Source: Salisapilia sapeloensis CBS 127946 (Eukaryota > Protista > Oomycota). Taken from it: a stretch of 59,844 nucleotides of DNA. The notes below the pieces were generated by a model that searched no databases, was not told the DNA's origin, and was given only the letters and a program-made list of their open reading frames with translations. Both the position numbers and the translations under genes were made by a program. Of this stretch, positions 34,076 through 45,627 are shown one piece after another. The DNA is taken from the NCBI GenBank assembly GCA_023334545.1, contig JAADVB010000101.1, positions 1-59,844 on the forward strand, written 5' to 3'. Position 1 is the first letter of the stretch. Each line of letters begins with the position of its first letter.

Positions 34076-35859
34076 CTACGATCGGAACTGGTGCAAGACG
34101 CGATGAAGTTGGTCCATTTGCTGTCGATACCTGTCATTCTCTTGCTCTAGCTTTTGGTTCTGGTAGCGTAGACTCTTGACTTCCTTTACAAGGACCTTGC
34201 GTTGTGTCTACTTGGTAGTCATTAAGAAGTGGGTATGTGGAGGATATACGAATGGGATGTACGCGTAGTTGAACTTGCAGACTTTGCTTTTCATCTGCCA
34301 AGAGGCGCGCCATATCTTCAACAATCTATAAGCGGATGGTCAAGAGCCGTTATAAAACTGGTGGATAGATGTAGGTAGTACGATTTGCTTAGCAGCAGTA
34401 TCCTTCTTGATTTTCTCGACCTGGGATTCCGCTGTTTCCTTCTCACGCATCGTTTCTGCTAGAGTGTGTTCATATTCCTGTACTTTGGCATCGAGGAACC
34501 CGATGATTTCCCGATCCATCGTCACCTGTTCCTCTTTCTTGGCACTTTCATCCGTCGCATTCGATAATGCGTCTTCCAATTCCGACACTTTATCCATGAG
34601 AAAGTCTCGAACGTTTTCCGTTCCCTGCAGTCGTTCCATCACATCCTGTTTCTCAGCTTGTAGAACAGTCAATTGGGTCTATTTCCATGCATCAATACAA
34701 TATCTATAAATTAATTCTATCATCGAAAGCTACTTCGACAGATTTCAAGCGTTTCGACAAGTCATGGAAAACCTTGATGTCATCTGCACTCAGTCGCTTG
34801 ATCATTTGATCCAGCTTGGACTTCTACGACAAGCATTAGTTGGCGTCATGCGTCAATACATCCGAAGGAAATCAACCTGGGATTTCTGATTCTCAGACGA
34901 TAGAAACTTGGGACTTTTCCACTGAGTCCAGGACGAAGAGTTGGTGGATGACGGTGGCGAAGGTTTCGGCCGAACACTGGACGGCTTCGATGCCACCTCA
35001 TTCTTTCTTCGAGGCTTTGGGATCGTACCAAAGAGAACGTGTATGCGCACCATCATCGGTCGATTCGACATACTCATCGCATACACACTCTTCGCATCTA
35101 GAAATGAAAACACACGCATAAGCTCACGGTCGGTGAGACGAGGAAAACCTGTATCCGAGGTCTCCATGTAGCTACTATCATCTGTTCGAGACGTCTTCCG
35201 ATATTTTCGAAGACTACTCGTCTGTCCTTTTAACAACTGACGAATACTATTTTGTCGATGCAACTCTCGAATCTCGCGCTGGGCTTGTGCTAGCTCTCGA
35301 GACAATCGAGATGTCATTGCTAAACGTTCATTCGCCTGTGCTAACTCCTCTTCGACACTATGCCATATCGTTAAGTACGTCCCGAGAAATGGATGTGCAC
35401 ATGCATACTTTTGTTTATGAGATAATTCAGACACGACAGTTGATAGAGACTGCTGTAGTCGATCTGCCATTTCCTTCCCTTCTTGCTCCACTTTGGAAGC
35501 ATATTGGAAAGCCTAGATAGAGATCAGCGACGGTGATAAGGATGAGTACACACAAACTACCTTTTCCTGCGTCTGAAGCAGCTCGTCCACCCGTGCATCC
35601 TTTTGCTGCAATTCATTGTTTGTAGACGATAGTTCCTGCTTTAATGAAGCGACTTGGCGTTCGTATTCGCACACCTCGACGTCATAGACCATCTCATCAA
35701 GTGTCGCTCCTACCTACGATTCCATCAAAATCAAGACAATGCCAAGGAAATCCTACATGACACTAGTACCTCCTGATAAATATACCGAGTCTGTTCCAGT
35801 CTTGCTACCTCCTCCTGTAATGCATCTTGAATGCAAGCGTTCGTACGCTCGAGGACCAT
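34076..35859 (-). CDS. Coiled-coil protein with an internal F-box-like motif; multi-exon
   Basis: FPRLTDRELMRVFSFLDAKSVYAMSMSNR flanked by long heptad regions. Spliced last exon reads ..QRKVLVKEVKSLRYQNQKLEQEN..FRS* (stop 34076-78). The 5' end is uncertain. Confidence 0.65.
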
Positions 35860-35972
35860 TTTCTCGCCTTCGACCTGGATGACGGTGTATCCCACAAAAG
35901 TTAGGCATTGATCCCCATAAATAAATACGCACAACACAAAAGTATCCTTCGAACGATCAACGCAACTTCTAT

Positions 35973-37089
35973 TCATTCCGATGCATGCAACAAGTTCAGA
36001 TAGCCTTTTGGTAAATCAGATGGCATTGGAATACTCGAAGCTTCATCGCGACGTCGCTTGTGCAGCTTGGGAGTCGTACCCTTGGATTGCAAAGTCTGAA
36101 CGACTACTTGTCCATTTCTTCGGGGCGTTTTCTTATTTTCCGCAGCTAATCGTTTCAACGTGTTCATTTCCTTGGTTTTAGCTTGCGCTACTTGTTGCTT
36201 TAAAACTTCCTTTTCATGCACTAAAGCATTCCTTTTCTCCTTTTCCTTTAAACTCTGTTTTTCCATAGCAAGTTGCTCTCGTTGTAGCTTCTTCACTTGC
36301 CCTTCGTACTGTGCACATTCTCGTTGCATACTTTCGAGAAGCTGCTCTAGTGATGATTTTTGTTCTGATAAGACTGCATTTTCTCGACGAGCGGCTTGGC
36401 ATGCAGTTTGGTACCCACGTAATCGACGCATCCGAACTTCTAACTGGTGTCCTTCTTCGTCTAATTCACGAACTTTTCGACGCTCTTGGTCGAGATTTGA
36501 TTTAAGCTTTAGAAATATGAGTATGGTAGCGTAGGTATCAATCAATAAAAGGTACTTTCTTGGTGTTGGTGACGAGGTTGGATATGATACGATGGACTAA
36601 ATGGCTCGGCAGTGCTTCTAGCAATGCAGCTATGGATACATCAGTATGACATGCATGCTAGCTTGTATACAGAAAAAGTTACCTTCATGTGAAGGCTGCG
36701 AGTACACTGTATCCATACACACTGCCTGGAAGTTTTTCGTGATCACACGAAGACATCTACGCCGCCATTATCGTATCGATCAAAAACTGTATATGCATGC
36801 TACAGATCGTGCCATACGAATCGATAAGTGATGGGACTGGACGCTTCTTGCGAGATCGACTCGAATGAACGCTGTCGGTCGCTTCGACGCTAGAATCAGC
36901 CACAGCATCGATAGCTCGACATCGACGGGTGTGGATAGCCAATGACGATTGTCCGAATTGTTCGTGACAGTGAGGACAGGCCGATGTACGTGCAGTCGGT
37001 GCAAACGCAGCTAGAGGACCATTCCCAGCAAGTACATTCAACGCATCTCGATTCGCATCGTCCTCTTCCGGACGATCGATTCGATGCAT
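35973..37089 (-). CDS. C2HC zinc finger + BC-box/Elongin-A-like motif + coiled coil; multi-exon
   Basis: CPHCHEQFGQSSLAIHTRRC. Splicing gives VPSLIDSCLRVITKNF..LLEALPSHLVHRIISNL, then a long coiled coil and a basic tail. Confidence 0.65.
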
Positions 37090-37210
37090 CGTCGCGCTTT
37101 GGTGGATTGTCGGATGTACCCATTCAGGATCGTTCGATCTTCAGGCGCCGTTGCACAAGATTGGTACAAATGAGACACATTTATCTCCAATCGTCATCTA
37201 ACGAGTGAGT

Positions 37211-38956
37211 ATGAGCTCTTACGTCGATCTGCGTCAGGATGGAAATACTTTCTACAAGAATGGCGAGTACGAACGAGCTCGCGAATGCTATACGAACGCC
37301 TTGGAACAGTTAGATATAGCAGAGTCCGATGACGGGAGCTTTAGATCACAATTACTCTCTAATCGAGCCCAAGCCCATCTCCAGGAACGCAATTATGCTG
37401 CTGCTTTGCAAGGTTTTTACACTTTATTCCACTATGTAGATGCCTGCATGTTAATGCAAAGTGTTAGATGCTCGTAAGGCTCTAGTACATGACTCCAATA
37501 ACGAGAAAGCTTGGATGCGACAAGTAGTAGCGTTGGAGAATCTAGAGCGCTTCGAGAGCGCTTTCGACATTGTGAACAAGCTTTTGGATACACCAGGCGC
37601 ATACCAGCAAAAGCCAGTCGCTTTCCAGTATTCTGTCACCGCAAGACGTCGACTAAAGCAAATCATTTCCAAAGACCAAGCTGCTGCCAGAAAGGAAGCC
37701 AAGCAGATTGGCGCTATGGTGCATGAACATCAACAACTGCGGATTAATTTCGGGTCCTACCTACGTGTATATATCCCATCTATCATATCATCCTCACTGA
37801 TACAATCACTAGATCCACATTCCCATCTCAGATCCCTTTAGAAACCACTATCAATGTCGTTGTGACCATTGGGAACGAATTTGGTCTTTTTGAACGGAAG
37901 CTGACGGCTGAAAGACCTCCTATCCAATTACAATGCTTCCTACGTAACAATACGGATCAACGGTACAAGCTGTATATTGGACAGGAAGGTAGTGATGAAG
38001 AGGATGGCGTTGCGTATGAAGATGGAAGACTAGTATTGAACGATCGCGGCAAGATTTCGTTCAAGATGAGTCTACAGGACTCATCTACAGAACCTATTGA
38101 CTATCAGCAGGGACTTTCACTCATGGTGACTGTCCATGACGATGCCAAGGATGCATGGAATTTATTTTCTGTTGTTTCACTGCCGTTTAATGTCGTCCCC
38201 TCCACGAGTGAATATGTGGATGATGCCCCAAACGACTTGGGAATCCACTGCTGTCGAGCTGTACAAGTCTCTGACGATGGTCAGGAAGTCTTGTTGGCCG
38301 AGTCGCCAGGTTCCTTAGGTATCTGTCGTTCGTAACTATATTGTCTCTAGTAGCTTACAGCATTTGTAGGCATTGGCGGGAAGCTATGGGATTCAAGTCT
38401 GGTCCTAACCAAGTATCTAAGTTGCCATCCGGAAATCGTACGCGGTCGTCGAGTGGTGGAGCTTGGGAGTGGCCTCGGCCTCGTTGGTATCTACTGTGGT
38501 CTTCTTGGCGCCAAGGCTACGCTCACGGACATTGAGGTGTATATATCCAAGCATTCTGGTCGTGTGCGACACGAAACTAACTTGTATGTCTATTAGGAAG
38601 TGGTTCCGCTTTTAAAATACAATTTGGCTGTCAATGAGGTGGAAAGCTGTAGCGCGACAACACATGCTTGGGGTAGCGAACTCAGCGAAGACTTGTCTGC
38701 AGCGGAAATTGTAGTCGCCTCTGATGTTGTCTACGACCCGTCTGGCTATGCTCCACTACTCGCGTCGTTGGATAGCTTGATGAAGACCGACATGACGGTG
38801 GCCTACTTAGCCCACAGGTCAAGGCATCCTATGGAGCATCAGTTTTTCACCCCGCTCCGTGAGGCCTTTGCAGTTGAAGAAATAAAATGGGAGGGTATGG
38901 CAGCTGCGAGCGTCTTAGATGATGTTAAGATCTTCCGCCTGCGCAAATGCAGGTAA
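37211..38956 (+). CDS. TPR-domain + family-16 (METTL21-like) SAM-dependent lysine methyltransferase; multi-exon
   Basis: TPR: RQDGNTFYKNGEYERARECYTNAL..SNRAQA..EKAWMR. Spliced MTase: GIGGKLWDSS..VVELGSGLG..LTDIE-EVVPLLKYN..ASDVVYD..AHRSR. Confidence 0.85.
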
Positions 38957-41220
38957 TTCGCTAAGAGAGAAACAAAGCAGCCTCCTTCCCTTCTAAACAG
39001 TACAATGGCAACACATGCCAAAGTAGTTGCTGTTGTTGCATAGACTCTTGCATATTTAGCCTAAAGTTGATACACGACTACCCTCGGAACCTACTGGAGG
39101 TGGTATTAATCATTCTTGCGAAGATACTTTAGCATGAGGGCTGGTCAGGACTACTTGGTTTTCACTTCAAAGATACATCAAGACAAACATAAATCGAATG
39201 GATCTTGTGCCTAGTCATCGCGCCAATTTGTTCTTTATGAGCAATTGGAGATACACCTCCGTGCCACCATCTCCCCTCATCTGTATAAAAGTTTTGCGTC
39301 GAGTGTATGGGAAGGAATGTGACATCGAAAGTCTTGGGCAAATACGTTTTCACGGGGAGAGAAGTGTCCACTGTGTTTTTGTATCAAATTCATTGTGGAC
39401 GTTATCGTAGTCGTCTCGTATCGATAATAGAGCAGACAGCTTTGGTGCTTCTCGTACTTTTGCTCCTATATCACCACTATTCTCTCAACTATTCTCTCCG
39501 TTTCCGCTGCTAAGCTGTAACCTGGCCGAATGACCAAAGCAAACCGGTGTAGCACATCGAAGATAGTTCAAATCAACAACCAGTAAGATAGCTTGATCTC
39601 GGGAACTATTCTCCAATTGTGGACGCTGCGCCATTACAGAGAGGCTTAGCAGTCTCGAGACGTTGTCTGGGCTACAGACTCTCAGGAAATTTCATAGAAC
39701 GACTCCAGGGCGATGCTTGATACCTAACACAGTCGAGCTTTCTATGTAGATGCATCACAATTATAGCGCTCATGACCGGACATCACCAACGGCGTAGGTC
39801 CACTGATGATGTAGATGGATACAGAGCTAGTGCTCTCTTCATTCTATCATGATGAAATGGTCTGGATACGCTGAAAGACTTCCGTCGAATCGGGAAATAC
39901 ACGATTTGTTGGCGGTTACTGGTTCTCCGGCAGCATCTTTAGAAGCGAGGAAGACCCTCTGTTGACTTCACGCTAGTCATTAAAAATAGATAAAGTTGAT
40001 TCGGCTAGAGCGTTCGGTTCTATTGCGACAATCTCTTTGCTTCCAGATTAGCTGTTTACATACGTGTATTCACTCCTCCTTTGTCGCTAGCTTTGTCTTT
40101 ATCCATTTGGCCTAGATCCTCTAAATGTTGTGAGAATAAAGTTATGTTATCATTTGCTTGTAAAGACCCTTTGCCAGTATCAATAGGATAAATACAACGA
40201 GAAGCAAGATGTATTGGTGGAGCTGCAACCTCAAATACAGTGCCAAACGCTAGATGTCCATCCAAACGTATGATTTTATTTTGAAGAGCTCGAAAGCATC
40301 GCCATGGCTGTTGGAAAGAGAAATACACAGTTTAGCGTATAAACAATTTCTTTTAGTGTACTTTTGAGCGCATCACTTGCATGAATCTATCATTAGGGGA
40401 AATCAAAGGTAGAGATTTGGCGTGTAATGTTAAGTAGGTGATCGCTGCAAGATGGAGCAGGATTGAGCCCCAAGTGTCAATCCATTCCAAGCTAGAAAGT
40501 GAACAAATTCTGGTAGTTTCTTCTGTATTTTAGATTGAAATAATATCTTACCATTTGAAGAGTCGCTTCGCTGCTTGCGAATGTACGAAGGCACCTCCGA
40601 AGGTGGCTTGGATTTCTATGAAGCATGAGCAATGGTTGTGCGTAAAAGTTAGCGTGAGCAGAGACACACTTATAGCAGGGATTTTGTTACCTTTAAACCC
40701 TATCAAGAGGAAGCACGAAAAGAATGCAGCGCAGCAGCCGGTGTGATTTAGCTTAGATTTTTGCCAGGCAAATACCTGGCGACTAGAAGAGCATTCGGAC
40801 GTAAATCAAGCTACATCATTGTAACTAGGTTCGGTACATCGCTTCGAGCACAGATGTAGCCATGCAGCACGAAAGAAACTGGTGCGAAATATTCCGTTCC
40901 ACCACATGTGCTCGCGTTTAAGTGAACTTTCATTGCTTCGCATGTTGTGCCGTCTCTATTCGCGTAGCTAAACAGCGTAATGGTAACAAAATTCGGCGAC
41001 AGTAGAGCCAGTAGGTTGCCACTTCACACTTCCCTTCCGTCGTCCCCTCTCGCTTCGCGGTGTATTCCGTACTGTATGCGAAAAGCCGTGGACTCCTTTT
41101 GAACTTGCCAACCTACACTTTCCAAATCAGATACTCGTAGCAGTGCCCAACGCGTTCATTTCGGCTTTCGACCACGTCTCGCCAAGCCTCTACGATACCC
41201 ATTCAGCTTGTCAAATCGTC

Positions 41221-42103
41221 ATGGCAAGCGAGCTCGAGATGAAAGTCGAGCCGAAATCAGGCACACAGATCACTGACGAGAAAGACCTCGACCCGAAAGA
41301 TCTACTCGTGGTGCAGGATGGCAGCGTTCGCGTTGCAACCTCGATGACCCCTCAGTACGACGCGAATGGGGAGCTCATTACAGCTACCGGGACATGGACA
41401 AAGATCGAGTACGTTGTTAGCAAACTGTCGTGTCGAGTATTGAACCACTCACGAGCTATATGTAGGCATGAAAAGTTTTTAGAGGCCATGGACAAATTCC
41501 CGAGCGGTCCGTGGAAATCTATTGCGTCCCATGTTGGCACGCGAACCGTTCGACAGACACAGGTTTGTCTATTGTATCAATGCATTCATTCACAGTTTGT
41601 TAAATCCCCTCTAGACGCATGCGCAAAAGTATCGAGAAAAGATGGCCAGGCGATCGCGAGGTCTACGTAACCGCACGAACGGCATGCAAAGCTTAACGTC
41701 TCCTTCGGATACAACGACTTGTTCTAGCCATTCGACACCGAGAGATATTCTATTAGAGGATGCGACCACGGTGCATCGCAATCCTTTGTCATGCACAGGT
41801 GGGGACGACCGGCAGCAGTCACTAGTAGCAGCTATGATGCGGCTCTCGGCACCAATGCTTCCGACGGACATTACTCGGCACAGTCGGCATAGCGACGGCG
41901 ACCTCTCGCCTTGTTTCAACCAAGGCGCAGTTGTATCCACCGTTCCGTATACTCGTGGCGTCTCGACATCTGCACCAGCGGCACCTGCACCAAGTGATTC
42001 CTGCCAAGATTTTTCGGAGCCTGATTTTGAAGAATCGATGGACTTCCTCATGGATATCTATTCGAGCGACCCGGACAAACTTTCACTCTCCTCTTTGCCG
42101 TGA
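41221..42103 (+). CDS. Single-repeat Myb/SANT transcription factor (SHAQKY class); 3 exons
   Basis: Introns 41409-41465 (57 nt) and 41563-41614 (52 nt) give GTWTKIEHEKFLEAM..WKSIASHVGTRTVRQTQTHAQKY. Confidence 0.92.
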
Positions 42104-42867
42104 ATGCGCCAAGTGCTTGGGAAGGATCAGAATGAACGAGTAAGAAAAGTAATTGCGTGAACCAGCGTGTAAAAGAATCGTACAAAGAAGCATTGTAAAA
42201 AAGAATGTATTTGGCTTCTGCCTACGTGTGCACGTGCTGCAAGTGTTGCATTCTCTGCCAGTTGAGTGTACCTGTTATTTTCCTACAAATGAAGCCATTG
42301 GATGTTGTAGCTTCGCCGAGATACGTGCGTCCTATTTCTGTGCTGCATGCGCGCACAGTTTTGCGAGAAGTAGAAGAAGAGTTAGATGAGCCGCTAGTGG
42401 ATTTGCTCTTGTTCGTGCGCTTCGTCAATGGCTAGCTCAGTCGTTGTGGTGTATCAAGTTTTGCGAATGAGTAGTTCATGGCGTTCACCAGGATGTTAAA
42501 CAGAGCAGCGGTAGTGCTTGGCCACATAGATACTGGGTGTCGACAATGGCATGCACGGTTGTGTTGTATCGAAGCGCAGGACGATCCGATGGTGTGATCA
42601 TGTGCAAGCGAAAGGACGTGGTAAGTACACCGCAACTGGCTACCTAACTCCACGCCATCGATCTTGCATGCACTATGCCCTGCGAAACGTGTAAAGGATC
42701 CAACTTGAATAGTGGGTACATCGCACGTGCCTAAGTGTACCCAACAACCAGTTACAAATATCTTGGAAAATCTATGTTCGCAAGTGAAAATAGTGACTAA
42801 ATCTACGACGAGGTTGAAGGTTCAAGTGGAAATAATGTGGCTACACTACGCTTAAGACAAACGAAAA

Positions 42868-44616
42868 ATGGACATGAAGATGGAGAATCTACCTCCAGGC
42901 TTCGTCACGCATATTTTCGAATATGCAGACAACTGATATTTGGAAAGTATTTATCCTAAAAGACGTTAAACTAGAAATAAACATTTTACCAATTTCTTTC
43001 GGTTTCAAAGGATTGGAATCGAGGTTCTTACGAAGTTTACGCATGCCATGATATTAGTACGCTGTGCATCCGAGCGTGCTCCGTCGATCGAAACTATCTC
43101 CAGAATCTATATCGGGAAATAGCTACTATCGGAGGGCATCTAAGACAAATTATAGTTTTGATGGTGGAAGGAGAATATCAAAGCTTTCTTCTTAAGACCC
43201 CGAGACCGATTAACCAGAGTTAGACTGGCACAAGATTTCGCATATTGCCTAGACTTGAGCCAATTAGATATGGAAGACACTTGCTTTCAAAGATCGGACT
43301 TTAATAAAATCATCCAAGTCGCTAGTATTCGCTCTCCAGATATTAAGGCACTTGTCTTGCCAAGCGTAGACTCCTAAAACCAATCGAATTCGAATCAAGG
43401 CGAGTCTCAGACAGCATTTATGCACACGCTAGAGGCTGCACTTCAATCGTAGTATACGAACCGTCGGAAAGGAGGCTTAAAGCAGCTTCGGATGGGGATG
43501 GCCAGTGATAATGACAGGAGTAATCCGGCACGACAATTGCTAGAACTAGTGCTGAAGTATAGTCCCATGGTAGATCACCTAAGTGAATTACTGCTAGATG
43601 TGATCATGTAAACGGATTCAGGTTACTAAGGGCAATGGGGTGTTGGTTCAGACCCATAGGAGCGCTTCTGTGCAAGTGGCAGAGAACTACGTACATTCGA
43701 CTTGATAGTCGTTCCATACTCTGACCTCTTCTTCCAGATCTGGGAAACATATCCAAGGCCAATATTGAAATATTTGCCCCTGGGCATTCCCATGAGCTGG
43801 AATTAGGGAGTGTACTGTAGCCGAGTGGATGCAAACGATCCGATCCGACAAAGTCCGTACGGTTCTGAAGCCAAGTACGTGCAGCTGGTACTCAAGGCAT
43901 GTCCGAACTTGAATGATATTGGTATTGTAGTGTACGGTTATAATAATCAATCAGATTTCGAGGATCTGTACTACGATGCGATCTTTTATATATGATTTCC
44001 GCCCCTCCCGACACGCCCGATGCTTGATGTTGTACTCTTTAACGACGAATTTTGCTTGCAAGTCATCAAGAAATGTCCACATCTTCGACTCTTGAGTTTC
44101 AATAACGTGGTAGAATCGACCCCTCGGCCTTCTGTTCAAGGTCTTTCAGATCCTGGCTTGCAGGCGCTGGTGACGCTGGCCGAGTTGAAAATGCTGGATC
44201 TACCTACTACGAACGTCACTGCCAGTGGGCTCATGAGTCTACTGAACGGGTTTTCATCCGCTTTTACTGGTCAACGAGAAGTTTTGTTGACGGTTGGAAA
44301 ACAAAATGACATGTTCGGTGCAACCTTCTCCAAAGTGATTGTGAGCTTCTTGACCCAATTGCATGGTATGGGTTATCTCTTAGGCTTGATGCACAAGTGT
44401 GCTATGCGCATCAAGAGTGAACAAGTAGATCCTTTTAGAAGCAGACGTTGATTTGGTATTAATGGTGTCGCAAGTTTAGTGAAGAGAGTCTTAGAGAAGC
44501 ATCCGCTACTTCGTCTACAACTGGTTTCGAGTAGCGGAAATGAGGACCGGAATCTAGTGTTTTTGCAAATTAACGTCTTGAAGAGTGTGAACAAGCCCAC
44601 CATCTACTGCAATTAG
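42868..44616 (+). pseudogene. F-box/leucine-rich-repeat gene, pseudogenised
   Basis: MDMKMENLPPGFVTHIFEYADN* (F-box start, then TGA), followed by LRR-like segments (CLDLSQLDMEDTCF..IKALVLP; VLKACPNLND; KCPHLRLLSF..LSDPGLQALVTLAELKMLDL). Broken by several stops and frameshifts. Confidence 0.7.
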
Positions 44617-44984
44617 TACCACTCACGGGAATATTAAACAGTGCATGCTCAAACTTGGAGTTTTCGCTATTGATAGAAGTTTGCATCCAAGTAGTAGGAT
44701 CGGATAGAACTCCAATCTACACTTTCAAATCAATTTCAGTCTTCTTTGCTTGGACATGGCTACTCCTCTTCTCATCTAAAAGACTTATTTATAGATATGT
44801 TACGGTCGTCTTAATCTCTACTGTGTACGGAAGGAAAGCTATGAATAAAAGACGAGAATCTCTCTTCTTGATCACCAAGTCCAACTATATCTATCCTATA
44901 GCTACACTTACAACCTATATAGCTCCACGTTCATTCCAACGGGACATCGCGTCGATCACTAACGAGTAGATCTGCATCTGCATC

Positions 44985-45599
44985 ATGGTGCTTCGGATTT
45001 TTTGGAACGTCGGATCTGGCCTCATCACGCGAGCCTTAAGCAAAAGTCGTATCCCTCCTGGTATCGGCATCCAACAGCCTGCCGTTTGGAAAGCACGTCC
45101 TGGATTCTTAGACTGCGATGCCACGGGGACACTGAACCAAGCGTCGTATCAATACGCGATGGAACTCGCTCGGTGGCACTACACTGCCATCAACGGTATC
45201 TTGGCCACAGTAATTCGCGAAAAAGCCATGTTCCTCGTCGCCTCCCAAGGCGTACGTCACTACACGCCTATCAAGGCGTTCCAATCCTACGAAGTTCGGA
45301 CGAAAATCGAATACGCAGACGACAATTGGATCTACATGCGTCATACGTTCCACAATCCCGACACGAACCAAGTGTACGCAGACGGACTCGCTCGTGCTGC
45401 CGTCATCGCTCCTGGCAAACGACGTATGACAGCTCACGAGCTCTTAGCATCCATCGGTGAAGACACTAGTGCCCTCGAAAGCACGACAATCCCATCAGTC
45501 GTGGAAAACTTTCTTCGATGGGATGCCGCAAGTAAGACAAGCATGGAACAAGTACAATCGGAGCATCAATCAGCTCTTTTAAAAGTAAAGAAAAAGTAA
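44985..45599 (+). CDS. Thioesterase-like (THEM6-like) paralog, intronless
   Basis: MVLRIFWNVGSG..PAVWKARPGFLDCD..MELARWHY..FLRWDAAS is colinear with the 30338-31157 gene. Confidence 0.85.
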   Translation: MVLRIFWNVGSGLITRALSKSRIPPGIGIQQPAVWKARPGFLDCDATGTLNQASYQYAMELARWHYTAINGILATVIREKAMFLVASQGVRHYTPIKAFQSYEVRTKIEYADDNWIYMRHTFHNPDTNQVYADGLARAAVIAPGKRRMTAHELLASIGEDTSALESTTIPSVVENFLRWDAASKTSMEQVQSEHQSALLKVKKK

Positions 45600-45627
45600 A
45601 ACATGGCGATTTGCATGCTTAAGAGAA

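Noticed and set aside
42710-42745. Hairpin TGGGTACA..TGTACCCA next to a pseudogene, suggesting a Helitron 3' end
   Set aside because: No CTRR terminus at the expected distance and no helicase/Rep remnant seen.
42868-44616. Stop-codon reassignment or readthrough to explain the interrupted frames
   Set aside because: All three stop types occur along with frameshifts, and intact genes in the window end in TAA, TAG and TGA normally.
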